Of a stretch of 64,000 nt of DNA, positions 8,841 through 16,629 are shown piece by piece. Made by a program: the position numbers and the translations under genes. Origin of the DNA: Spirochaetota bacterium (lineage in GTDB: Bacteria > Spirochaetota > Spirochaetia > Treponematales > UBA12059); assembly GCA_018262985.1 (NCBI GenBank), contig JADFDI010000002.1, forward strand, positions 198,532 to 262,531, written 5' to 3'. The notes beneath the pieces were generated by a model. The model ran no database searches, had not been told where the DNA came from, and saw nothing but the letters and a program-made list of their open reading frames with translations. Every line of letters starts with the position of its first letter. The stretch's first letter is position 1.

Positions 8841-9734
8841 TCAGGACTCGAGCGGCACCTCGAGCGTCGCCTCGACGAGGAGGTGGTCGGAGGGCAGGTG
8901 CCGGCGCTCGTCGCGGGTGAGCGGCACCTCGTCCTCGACCGCGCGCGCGTCGAGCACGCCGAGGTCCTCCGAGCAGAAGACGTAGTCGAGCTGGCTGTGG
9001 TTCGGCGCGGGCGTGAAGTAGTAGTGGGTGCGGCGCTCGTCCGCGGGCACGCCGACGGCTTCGAGGACGTCGCGGAAGGGCAGGGCCAGGAAGGGTTCGT
9101 ACTCGAACTGGGCCATGCCCCGGACGGCGATGCCGTTGAAGTCGCCCATGACGACGCAGCGGCGGCGGGGCACCATGGCGGAAAGCGATTCCACCTCGCG
9201 CACGCGCTCCGCGATGCCGCGGTCCTCGCCGCGCTGGCTCTTCAAGTGCACGACGAAGACCTCGAGGTCTACGCGGCCGCGTTCGCGCACCGTCGAGCCG
9301 CCTTCGCGCGCGAGGCGGAGGCGCAGGCGGAGAAGGTTGCGGGAGAAGGCGCCGGGCATGGCGCGCGCGTCGATCCGCTCGAAGGCGCCCTTCTTGGCGA
9401 GGGCGCCGACGTAGATGCCGCGGCGCGAGTTTTCCTCGTGGATGAAGATTTCATAGCGTCCGTGGAGGTAGGCGCGGTTGAAGTGTTCGAGGGTCTCGCG
9501 GCCGCCGACCTCGCAGAGCCCCACGAGGTCGTAGTCGCCGTCGAGGACGAGGCGCGCGATCTGGGCGATCTTCCCGCGCTCCTTGTTCGGGTTGAAGATG
9601 GAGAAATTCATGGCACGGTAGGCGTCCGCGTCGAGGGCCTCGATCTCGTCGCGCGTGTACGGGGCGTCGAGGAGGAGGTAGAAGTTCTCCGCGTTGAAGG
9701 AGGCGACGCGGAGGCGAGCGCCGGGTTCCGCCAT
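8841..9734 (-). CDS. Endonuclease/exonuclease/phosphatase (EEP) family protein, no signal peptide
   Basis: Starts MAEPGARLRVASFNAENFYLL. Contains GLCEV, VVHLKS, GDFN and a SDHLLVEATLE ending, which are canonical EEP motifs. Its ATG shares one nt with the upstream permease stop. Confidence 0.8.
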   Translation of the reverse strand: MAEPGARLRVASFNAENFYLLLDAPYTRDEIEALDADAYRAMNFSIFNPNKERGKIAQIARLVLDGDYDLVGLCEVGGRETLEHFNRAYLHGRYEIFIHEENSRRGIYVGALAKKGAFERIDARAMPGAFSRNLLRLRLRLAREGGSTVRERGRVDLEVFVVHLKSQRGEDRGIAERVREVESLSAMVPRRRCVVMGDFNGIAVRGMAQFEYEPFLALPFRDVLEAVGVPADERRTHYYFTPAPNHSQLDYVFCSEDLGVLDARAVEDEVPLTRDERRHLPSDHLLVEATLEVPLES

Positions 9735-10534
9735 CACGAACCCGTCGAGGCGTGCCGCCGCACGCCCGCGCGCCAGGCGAGGAAGCTCAGCGCAAGGAAG
9801 GCGAAGCCCGCGAGGGGCAGGAAGGCGGCCGGCCACGACGCGCCCGGGCGGGCGAGCGCGAACTCGAGCGGCAGCCAGTTCACGCAGCCGAAGGGCACGA
9901 CGAAGGTGAAGAAGCGGCGCAGGGCCTTGTCGTAGATCGAGAGCGGGTACTGGCTCATCTCGCGCCCGCCGTCGGAGAAGATGTTGACCACCTCGAGGCC
10001 GTCGGGCGAGACGAAGGCGAGGCTCGCGCCGAGCACGAAGATGCCCGCGAAGATGGCGCCCGAACCGAGCGTCATGCTGGCGACCGTGGCGTAGCGCGCG
10101 GCGGCGAGCGCGGGACCGTCCGCGACCATGGCGGGTCCGAGGGCGCGGAGCGCGTGGACGAGGATGGCCGCGCCCACGAGCGCCCGCCCGAGCCGCGAGA
10201 ACTCCAGACGCGCGCCGAGCACCTGGAGGATCGTGCCGCGCGGCCGCGCGAGGATGCGGTCGAACTCGCCCTGGGCGAGGATGGCGGAAAACGAGTCGAA
10301 GCCGCGCGCGAGGAGCTCGACGAGCGAGAACGAGACCTGGGCGACGCCGAAGAGAAGGAGGACCTCCTCGCGCGAATATCCCGCGAGCGTGCCGAAGCGG
10401 GCGAAGAGGACGAGGACCGCGGCGAGCGCGGAGAGGGTGAGGAGGAGCTGCGCGAGCGTCACGACGACGAGGTTCGAGCGCTTCGAGAACTGCCCCATGA
10501 GGGCGACGCGGGCGTAGCGGAGCCAGAGTTCCAC
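9734..10534 (-). CDS. ABC-2 family transporter permease (second)
   Basis: GTG start (VELWLRYARVALMGQFSK) 2 nt after the upstream stop, with GGGAGG upstream. Six hydrophobic segments. The N-terminal pattern resembles the ABC-2 membrane family. Confidence 0.75.
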   Translation of the reverse strand: MELWLRYARVALMGQFSKRSNLVVVTLAQLLLTLSALAAVLVLFARFGTLAGYSREEVLLLFGVAQVSFSLVELLARGFDSFSAILAQGEFDRILARPRGTILQVLGARLEFSRLGRALVGAAILVHALRALGPAMVADGPALAAARYATVASMTLGSGAIFAGIFVLGASLAFVSPDGLEVVNIFSDGGREMSQYPLSIYDKALRRFFTFVVPFGCVNWLPLEFALARPGASWPAAFLPLAGFAFLALSFLAWRAGVRRHASTGS

Positions 10535-10536
10535 GC

Positions 10537-11382
10537 TCAGCCTCCCGGCACGTCGCGCGCGCGGAGCGCGGCGGAAAGGGCGGCGCGTCCCAGGGGCACG
10601 AGGACGAGGAGCCAGGCGAGGCCGAGCGCGAATGGCCGGAGCGAGTCTGAGGCCGTGAGCGAGCCCGACCAGAGCCGCGCGGGCAGGTCGAGCATGGCGC
10701 GGAAGGGCAGCAACTCGAGGACGCGGCGCAGCGCGTCCGGCAGGAAGGGCAGGGGCACGAGGAGCCCGGAGCAGAACTCCGCGAGCGGCGCGAGCAGGAT
10801 GAAGGCCGCGTAGGGCTGGAGCGTGACGAGCGCGAGGATGTAGGCGAACAGCGAGACCGACACGGTGAGCGCGGCCGCGAGCGCCAGCGCGAGGAAGGCG
10901 AGGCCGGCCTGCGCGAGGTCCGGCGGCAGGCGGAAGCGCCATGGTTCGGGGAAGAGCCCAGCGACGAGGAGGATGGGCAGCGAGCGCAGGGCCGCGCCCG
11001 CGAGGCGGCCCCCGAGGAGCCGCGCGTACCATTGCGCGTAGAGGTCGACCGGCCGCACGAGCTCATAGGCCGCGTCGCCCGTGGTGATGAGCCGGATCAG
11101 CTCCGCGTCCCGGAACCACACGACGACGAGGACGAGGAAGGCCTGCTGGAGCCAGACGTACGACGCGATTTCCCTCGGATCGAGGGGCGAGAGGCCCGCG
11201 CGCGCGAACGCCTGGAAAACGGAGATCATGATGAAGCCCCAGAAGAACTGGGTGGCGACGCCGGCCGCGGCGGCGGCCCGGTACGCGAGGCCCCGGACGA
11301 GGCGCGTGCGGAAGAGCCCGAGGTAGGGCGCGAGGAACGAGGGGCGGGCGGCCGCGACGGAAGCGGAGGCGGAGGCGCTCAC
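10537..11382 (-). CDS. ABC-2 family transporter permease (first)
   Basis: GTG start overlaps the ATPase TGA (GTGA). Contains FRTRLVRGLAYRAAAAAGVATQFFWGF and multiple TM helices. Confidence 0.75.
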   Translation of the reverse strand: MSASASASVAAARPSFLAPYLGLFRTRLVRGLAYRAAAAAGVATQFFWGFIMISVFQAFARAGLSPLDPREIASYVWLQQAFLVLVVVWFRDAELIRLITTGDAAYELVRPVDLYAQWYARLLGGRLAGAALRSLPILLVAGLFPEPWRFRLPPDLAQAGLAFLALALAAALTVSVSLFAYILALVTLQPYAAFILLAPLAEFCSGLLVPLPFLPDALRRVLELLPFRAMLDLPARLWSGSLTASDSLRPFALGLAWLLVLVPLGRAALSAALRARDVPGG

Positions 11383-12176
11383 GCGATTCCCAGTTCGCCG
11401 TAGAGTTCCGCGAGCGCGCGCTCGACGCCCTTGTCGCGGCGCGGCGCGAGGAGCTCGGCGAAGCCGCCGTCGAAGAGGATGGAACCCCGGCCGATGAGGA
11501 TGACGCGCGTCGCGAGCGCTTCGATGTCGTGGACGTCGTGGGTGGTCAGGATGACGGTCAGGCCGCGCTCGCGGTTCTCGCGGGCGATGAAGTCGCGCAC
11601 GGCCAGCTTGGACACGGCGTCGAGCCCGATGGTGGGCTCGTCGAGGAAGAGGAGGTCCGGCCCGTGGAGGAGGCTCGCGACGAGCTCGCAGCGCATCCGC
11701 TGCCCGAGCGAGAGCGAGCGCGCGGGGCTGCCGAGCAGCTCGCCCGCGCCGAGGGCCTCGACGAGCTCGTCGTGGCGTTTCCGGAAGGCCGCCGGCTCGA
11801 CTCGGTAGATGGCGCGCAGCAGCTCGAAGGACTCCGAGACCGGCACGTCCCACCAGAGCTGGGTGCGCTGGCCGAAGACCGCGCCTATGCCGGCGACGTG
11901 CGCCTTGCGCTCCTTCCACGGCACTCGGCCCTTGATGACGCAGCTCCCTGAGTCCGGCACGAGGATGCCGCTCATCACCTTGATGGTGGTGGACTTGCCG
12001 GCGCCGTTCGGGCCGATGTAGCCCACGATCTCGCCGGGCGCGACGGAAAAGCTCACGCCCGCGAGCGCTTCCACCACGCTCCATTCCGGGTGGACGAGCG
12101 AGGACAGCGCGGCGCCGAGGCCGGCCCGGCGCCGGCGGACGCGGTAGGTTTTCCTGAGTTCGCGGACTTCAATCAT
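11379..12176 (-). CDS. ABC transporter ATP-binding protein
   Basis: Walker A GPNGAGKST, signature LSLGQRMR, Walker B LLFLDEPT, H-loop TTHD. Confidence 0.9.
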   Translation of the reverse strand: MIEVRELRKTYRVRRRRAGLGAALSSLVHPEWSVVEALAGVSFSVAPGEIVGYIGPNGAGKSTTIKVMSGILVPDSGSCVIKGRVPWKERKAHVAGIGAVFGQRTQLWWDVPVSESFELLRAIYRVEPAAFRKRHDELVEALGAGELLGSPARSLSLGQRMRCELVASLLHGPDLLFLDEPTIGLDAVSKLAVRDFIARENRERGLTVILTTHDVHDIEALATRVILIGRGSILFDGGFAELLAPRRDKGVERALAELYGELGIA

Positions 12177-12195
12177 GTCGGTCGCGCGCCCGCCT

Positions 12196-12648
12196 TCAGT
12201 TCGCGGAAGGCGGGAGGAACTCGGGGAAGCGCCAGGTCATGAGCCCCGTTTCCTCGTCGATCTCGGAGCTCGCGGCGCCGCGGCGCTCGAGCTCCTCGAG
12301 GCCCGCCTGGGCCTGGTCGAGGCCGATCTCGAGCGACATGGCCGCGACGCTGACCGTGAGCCTCCCCGAGCGCTTTTCGGCGAGCTTGAGGATGCGCACG
12401 GGCAGGAGCGGGTCGATCGGTCGCGGCGACGTCTTGCGCGGGGCGGCTTCCGAGCGGAGGAGGAGGCGGAGCCGCTCGCCGATGGCGGTGCCCAGGCCCG
12501 ACACGCCGAGCCCTGCCATGATCAGGATGATCCCGCTGACGATGGCTCCGGCCCCCACGGTGGGAATCGGCCGAGGCGCCATGAAATTCACTATGTTGGC
12601 GAGGCCGAATCCGACGAGTCCCCAGCCGACGAGGCGCCGTATGTTCAC
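12196..12648 (-). CDS. Small membrane protein (2 TM) with a C-terminal soluble domain, first gene of the ABC-2/EEP operon
   Basis: GTG start (VNIRRLVGWG) with AAGGAG 6 nt upstream. Lies 19 nt upstream of the ABC ATPase. The C-terminal about 60 aa look like a small helical, winged-helix-like module (inference). Confidence 0.55.
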   Translation of the reverse strand: MNIRRLVGWGLVGFGLANIVNFMAPRPIPTVGAGAIVSGIILIMAGLGVSGLGTAIGERLRLLLRSEAAPRKTSPRPIDPLLPVRILKLAEKRSGRLTVSVAAMSLEIGLDQAQAGLEELERRGAASSEIDEETGLMTWRFPEFLPPSAN

Positions 12649-12868
12649 CGTCCGCTCCTTTCCGCTGCGTCGCCCCGAGCGCGACGCAGCCGGAGGCGAT
12701 GGTAGCGCGCGCGCGCCTTCGTCGCAAGCGGAAGGGACAGGTTCGGACCGATCCGGATCACGCTCCGCCGCGAGCGCTTCCTTGCCGTCCCGCCTCCCTC
12801 GACCTATGCTGGATGCCGGATGCCGCTCCGGCGCTCCGGACAGTTCGAAAATCGAAGGAGTACGAACC

Positions 12869-15058
12869 ATGGCGAAGCGACGCGAAAACGGGCAATCAGG
12901 CCACCACTTCCGGTTTTTCCGCTCGGGCGGCGTCGACCAGGTGCTGCTGCGGAACGGCGAGGACATCGCGCGCCTCGGGGAACTGGACCTGAAGCTATGG
13001 ATGGCGCTCGCCATGCCGGTCAAGGGCACCTCGATCGACCCGGAGACGCTCGCCCTGCTCGACTCCGACGGCGACGGTCGGATCCGGCCCGAGGAGCTTC
13101 TCGGCGCGGTGCGACGCTGCGCGGGCGCCTTCAAGTCGCTCGACTGCCTCCTTGAAGCCGGCGATTCCATCGCCCTCGCGAACCTCGCGGACGCGGACGC
13201 CCTCGAGTCCGCCCGGGCCCTGCTAGCCGGGCTCGGCAGGAAGGACGCGGCCGCGCTTTCGCTCGCGGACCTGGCGGAGCGGCGGAGGAAACTGGACGAG
13301 GCTCCGACGACGGGCGAGGGCCTCGTCGTTCCCGAGGCCGCGCGCGACCCGGTCCTCGCGGCGGACCTCGCGGAACTGGCGAAGCTGGTCGGCCGCCCCG
13401 ACTCGCGCGGGCGCGCCGGAATAGACAAGGGAACCTGGGAGGATATCGTCGTCGCGGCGAGGGACTTCCTCGCGTGGCGCGCGGGCGGTTCGGAACAAGC
13501 GGCGCCGCCGCTCGCGGACGCCACCGAGGCGGCGTGGAACGCTACCGCGGCGGTCCGCGAAAAAATCGAGGACTTCTTCACCCGCTGCCGCCTGGCCGCC
13601 TTCGACCCGAAGGCCGCGGTCGCGGTCAACCTCGACGCCGAGACCTATCGCGCGCTCGCCGCGGGCGTCCTCTCGACCGGCTCCGCCGAGCTCGCGAAGC
13701 TGCCGCTCGCGGAAGCGGCTCCCGGACGCGCGTTGCCGCTCGAAGGCGCGCTGAACCCCGCTTACGCCGCGGCGCTCCGGGCTTTCCGCGAAAGCGCGGT
13801 GAAGCCGATCCTCGGAGCGAAAGCGGAACTGGGCGAAGCGGACTGGTCCGCCCTCAAGGAACAGCTCGCGACCTTCGGCGCGTGGCTGGCCGCGCGTCCC
13901 GCCGTCCCGGACCTCCCGCCCGCTCTCCTCGAGCGGCTCGCCTCCGACTCGGCCGACGCGGCGGTGGCGGCGCTTTTCGAGGAGGACGCGCGCGTCGCGG
14001 CCGAGCGCCTTCCGCTCGCGACGCTCGAACGCCTCCTCCGCTACCGCCGCGACCTGAAGTCCATACTCGAGAACTACGTCAATTTCGCCGCGTTCTACGG
14101 CGGTCGCGGCGGCGCCTTCCAGTCCGGCACGCTCTACCTCGACGCCCGCGCCTGCTCGCTCTGCGTCGACGTGCTCGACGAAGGGCGGCACGCTTCGCTC
14201 GCCGCGCTCTCGGGCGCCTTCCTGGCCTACTGCGAGCTCGCCCGTCCCGGCGGCGCGCGCCGCAAGATCGTCGCCGCCTTCACCAACGGCGACTCCGACA
14301 ACCTGATCGTCGGCCGCAACGGAATTTTCGTGGACGCGGAGGGGAAGGACTGGGACGCGACGATAACGCGGCTCGTGCAGAACCCGATCAGCGTCCGCGA
14401 AGCGTTCTGGCTGCCCTACAAGAAGCTCGTGCGCATGGTCGAGGAGCAGGTGGCCAAACGTGCCAAGGCGGCCGACGAGAAATCCGACCAGCGCCTTTCC
14501 TCGACGGCGGAGAAGGTGGCGAACGCGGACAAGGCGGGGGAGGGCGCCCCGGCGGCCGCGGCGGCGCCCGCGAGGAAATTCGACCTCGGCGCCATCGCCC
14601 TCGTCGGCACCGCGCTGGGCGGCATCAGCGCCCTCCTCGCCGGCTTCATGGACGCGCTCTTCGGACTCGGCTTCTACCTGCCCCTCGGCATCGCGGGCAT
14701 CCTGCTCCTGGTCTCGGGGCCCTCGATGATCCTCGCCTCGCTCAAACTCCGCAAGCGCAACCTCGGTCCCATCCTGGACGCGAACGGCTGGGCCATCAAC
14801 ACGCGCGCCCGCATCAACATCCCCTTCGGCGCCTCGCTCACGTCCTGCGCCGCCCTGCCGCCGGGAACCCTGCCGGCGGTGGCCGATCCCTTTGCGGAAA
14901 AGAGGAGCCCCTGGCCCCGCGTCGCGTTCATCCTGGTCCTGGCGCTGCTGGCCGCCGCCGTCCTCGCCTGGCGCTTCGGCTGGACCGACGCGGCGCTCCC
15001 CGAGGCGTGGCGCTGGTCGGCGGTCTCCGCGTCCCTCGCTTCGCCCGCGAAACCCTAG
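12869..15058 (+). CDS. Large hypothetical protein (729 aa) with a canonical EF-hand loop and a C-terminal TM bundle
   Basis: ATG with AAGGAG 8 nt upstream (Met211 of track ORF). DSDGDGRIRPEE at 13061-13096 fits DxDxDGxIxxxE. Hydrophobic helices lie near residues 590-640 and 700-715. Confidence 0.7.
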   Translation: MAKRRENGQSGHHFRFFRSGGVDQVLLRNGEDIARLGELDLKLWMALAMPVKGTSIDPETLALLDSDGDGRIRPEELLGAVRRCAGAFKSLDCLLEAGDSIALANLADADALESARALLAGLGRKDAAALSLADLAERRRKLDEAPTTGEGLVVPEAARDPVLAADLAELAKLVGRPDSRGRAGIDKGTWEDIVVAARDFLAWRAGGSEQAAPPLADATEAAWNATAAVREKIEDFFTRCRLAAFDPKAAVAVNLDAETYRALAAGVLSTGSAELAKLPLAEAAPGRALPLEGALNPAYAAALRAFRESAVKPILGAKAELGEADWSALKEQLATFGAWLAARPAVPDLPPALLERLASDSADAAVAALFEEDARVAAERLPLATLERLLRYRRDLKSILENYVNFAAFYGGRGGAFQSGTLYLDARACSLCVDVLDEGRHASLAALSGAFLAYCELARPGGARRKIVAAFTNGDSDNLIVGRNGIFVDAEGKDWDATITRLVQNPISVREAFWLPYKKLVRMVEEQVAKRAKAADEKSDQRLSSTAEKVANADKAGEGAPAAAAAPARKFDLGAIALVGTALGGISALLAGFMDALFGLGFYLPLGIAGILLLVSGPSMILASLKLRKRNLGPILDANGWAINTRARINIPFGASLTSCAALPPGTLPAVADPFAEKRSPWPRVAFILVLALLAAAVLAWRFGWTDAALPEAWRWSAVSASLASPAKP

Positions 15059-15209
15059 ATTCAGCTTTCCCGGCGCGCGTTCCGGTGCTAGATTGAACGG
15101 AGCCGGCCGCGCGGGGCGGCGCTTCCCGGACTTGAGGGTCGGGAACGCCGCCAGGGTCGCCCGCATGGGGATCCGATGCCGAATGAGGCGGTCGGGCGGG
15201 AGTACATCC

Positions 15210-16550
15210 ATGTCCCAGGTTTCCGGAAGCGGCGAGCCCCGCTGGGCGCCGCGCTTTTTCCTGATCTGGGGAGGGCAGGCGCTGTCACTCCTCGGTTCGT
15301 CGCTCGTGCAGTTCGCCCTCGTCTGGTGGATGACGCGCGAGACCGGCTCGGCCACGGTGCTCGCCTCGGCCACCCTGGTCGCCCTGCTGCCGCAGATCGT
15401 GCTCGGGCCCTTCATCGGGCCGCTCGTGGACCGGCTCGACCGCCGCCGCATCATGATCGTCTCCGACTCCGCCATCGCGCTGGCCACTGGCGTCCTGATG
15501 CTGCTCTTCGCCCTAGGCCGGGCCGAGCTCTGGCACGTCTTCGCGATACTCGCCGTCCGCTCGCTCGGCGGCGCGTTCCACGGACCGGCCATGGCCGCGT
15601 CGACCAGCCTCCTCGTCCCCGAAGAGCACCTCGCGCGCGTCGGCGGCCTCAACCAGACCCTCCACGGAGTGATGAACATCGTGTCGCCGCCGCTCGGCGC
15701 CCTGCTCGTCATGGTCCTGCCCACCCACGGCGTGCTGGCCATCGACCTCGCCACCGCGGCGCTGGCGGTAGCGCCCCTGCTCTTCGTCAGCATTCCCCCG
15801 CCGCCGCGCAAGGCCGCCGCCCCGGGCTCCGCGGCGCGACCGACGGGCTACCTCCACGACCTCAAGGCGGGCCTCGCCTACGTCGTCAAATGGCCCGGCC
15901 TCTTCGCGGTGATCCTCCTCGCCATGCTGCTCAACTTCCTCATCGCCCCCGCGGGCTCCCTCATGCCCCTCCTCGTAACCGGCAGCTTCGGGAAGGGCGC
16001 GCTCGAGCTGGCGTGGACCGAGACCCTGATGGGCGCAGGCGTCATCTCGGGCGGCCTCGTCCTATCCGCCTGGGGCGGCTTCCGCAAGCGGATCGCGACC
16101 TCGCTCGCAGGCATCGTCGGCATCGGGGCGGGCATCTTCCTCATGGGCTTCGCACCCGCGTCCGCCTTCTGGCTCCTCCTCGCGGGCTGCTTCCTGACCG
16201 GCTTCGCGCAGGTCTTCGCGAACGGACCCCTCAACGCCATCTTCCAGTCCGCGGTCGACAAGGACATGCAGGGGCGCGTCTTCTCCCTGCTCGGCGCGGG
16301 GGCCACCGCCATGATGCCCCTGAGCCTCCTCGCGGCCGGGCCGATCTCCGACCTCCTCGGCATCCGCACCTGGTACCTCGCGGGCGGCGTGGTCTGCGTC
16401 GCCGTCACCCTCGTCGCCGCGACCGTCCCGGCCATCATGAAGATCGAGGAGAACGGGCACGGGAAAAACGACGCGCCGCTCCCCGCTTCAGGCGCGCCGG
16501 AAAGCCAGCCGATCGCCCCCGCTCCGGAGACCGCTCCCGTTTCGCGCTGA
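15210..16550 (+). CDS. MFS transporter
   Basis: Start MSQVSGSGEPRWAPRFFLIWGGQALS (Met107 of track ORF). About 12 TM segments. GPLVDRLDRRRIM is an MFS loop 2-3 motif. Confidence 0.85.
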   Translation: MSQVSGSGEPRWAPRFFLIWGGQALSLLGSSLVQFALVWWMTRETGSATVLASATLVALLPQIVLGPFIGPLVDRLDRRRIMIVSDSAIALATGVLMLLFALGRAELWHVFAILAVRSLGGAFHGPAMAASTSLLVPEEHLARVGGLNQTLHGVMNIVSPPLGALLVMVLPTHGVLAIDLATAALAVAPLLFVSIPPPPRKAAAPGSAARPTGYLHDLKAGLAYVVKWPGLFAVILLAMLLNFLIAPAGSLMPLLVTGSFGKGALELAWTETLMGAGVISGGLVLSAWGGFRKRIATSLAGIVGIGAGIFLMGFAPASAFWLLLAGCFLTGFAQVFANGPLNAIFQSAVDKDMQGRVFSLLGAGATAMMPLSLLAAGPISDLLGIRTWYLAGGVVCVAVTLVAATVPAIMKIEENGHGKNDAPLPASGAPESQPIAPAPETAPVSR

Positions 16551-16590
16551 AGCGGTTCGCTTCAAACTTGATTTCCTCCCTTCCTGAACC

Positions 16591-16629
16591 GAGTATTTCC
16601 CTTGCCACTCCACGGCAAAGGAAATACTC
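16591..16629 (+). promoter_or_regulatory. SD-sequestering stem-loop abutting the chemoreceptor start codon
   Basis: GAGTATTTCCCTTGCC pairs with GGCAAAGGAAATACTC at 15 of 16 positions, with a 7-nt loop. The 3' arm ends 1 nt before ATG 16630 and contains the only SD candidate (AAAGGAAA). Confidence 0.5.

Noticed and set aside
8816-8842. 8-bp hairpin GAGGGGCG/CGCCCCTC overlapping the EEP stop codon as operon terminator
   Set aside because: It has an 11-nt loop and no U-tract, and the stem includes the stop codon. The stronger 11-bp hairpin at 8720-8750 is the better, though still tentative, candidate.
13223-15811. 862-aa minus-strand ORF. Similar long antisense or out-of-frame ORFs include 22675..24072, 37634..39409, 55852..57522, 59432..62431 and 51118..52401.
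   Set aside because: These have low-complexity Arg/Gly/Pro/Ala composition and no motifs. Each lies opposite or out of frame with a gene that has strong family signatures. They are typical GC-rich shadow ORFs.
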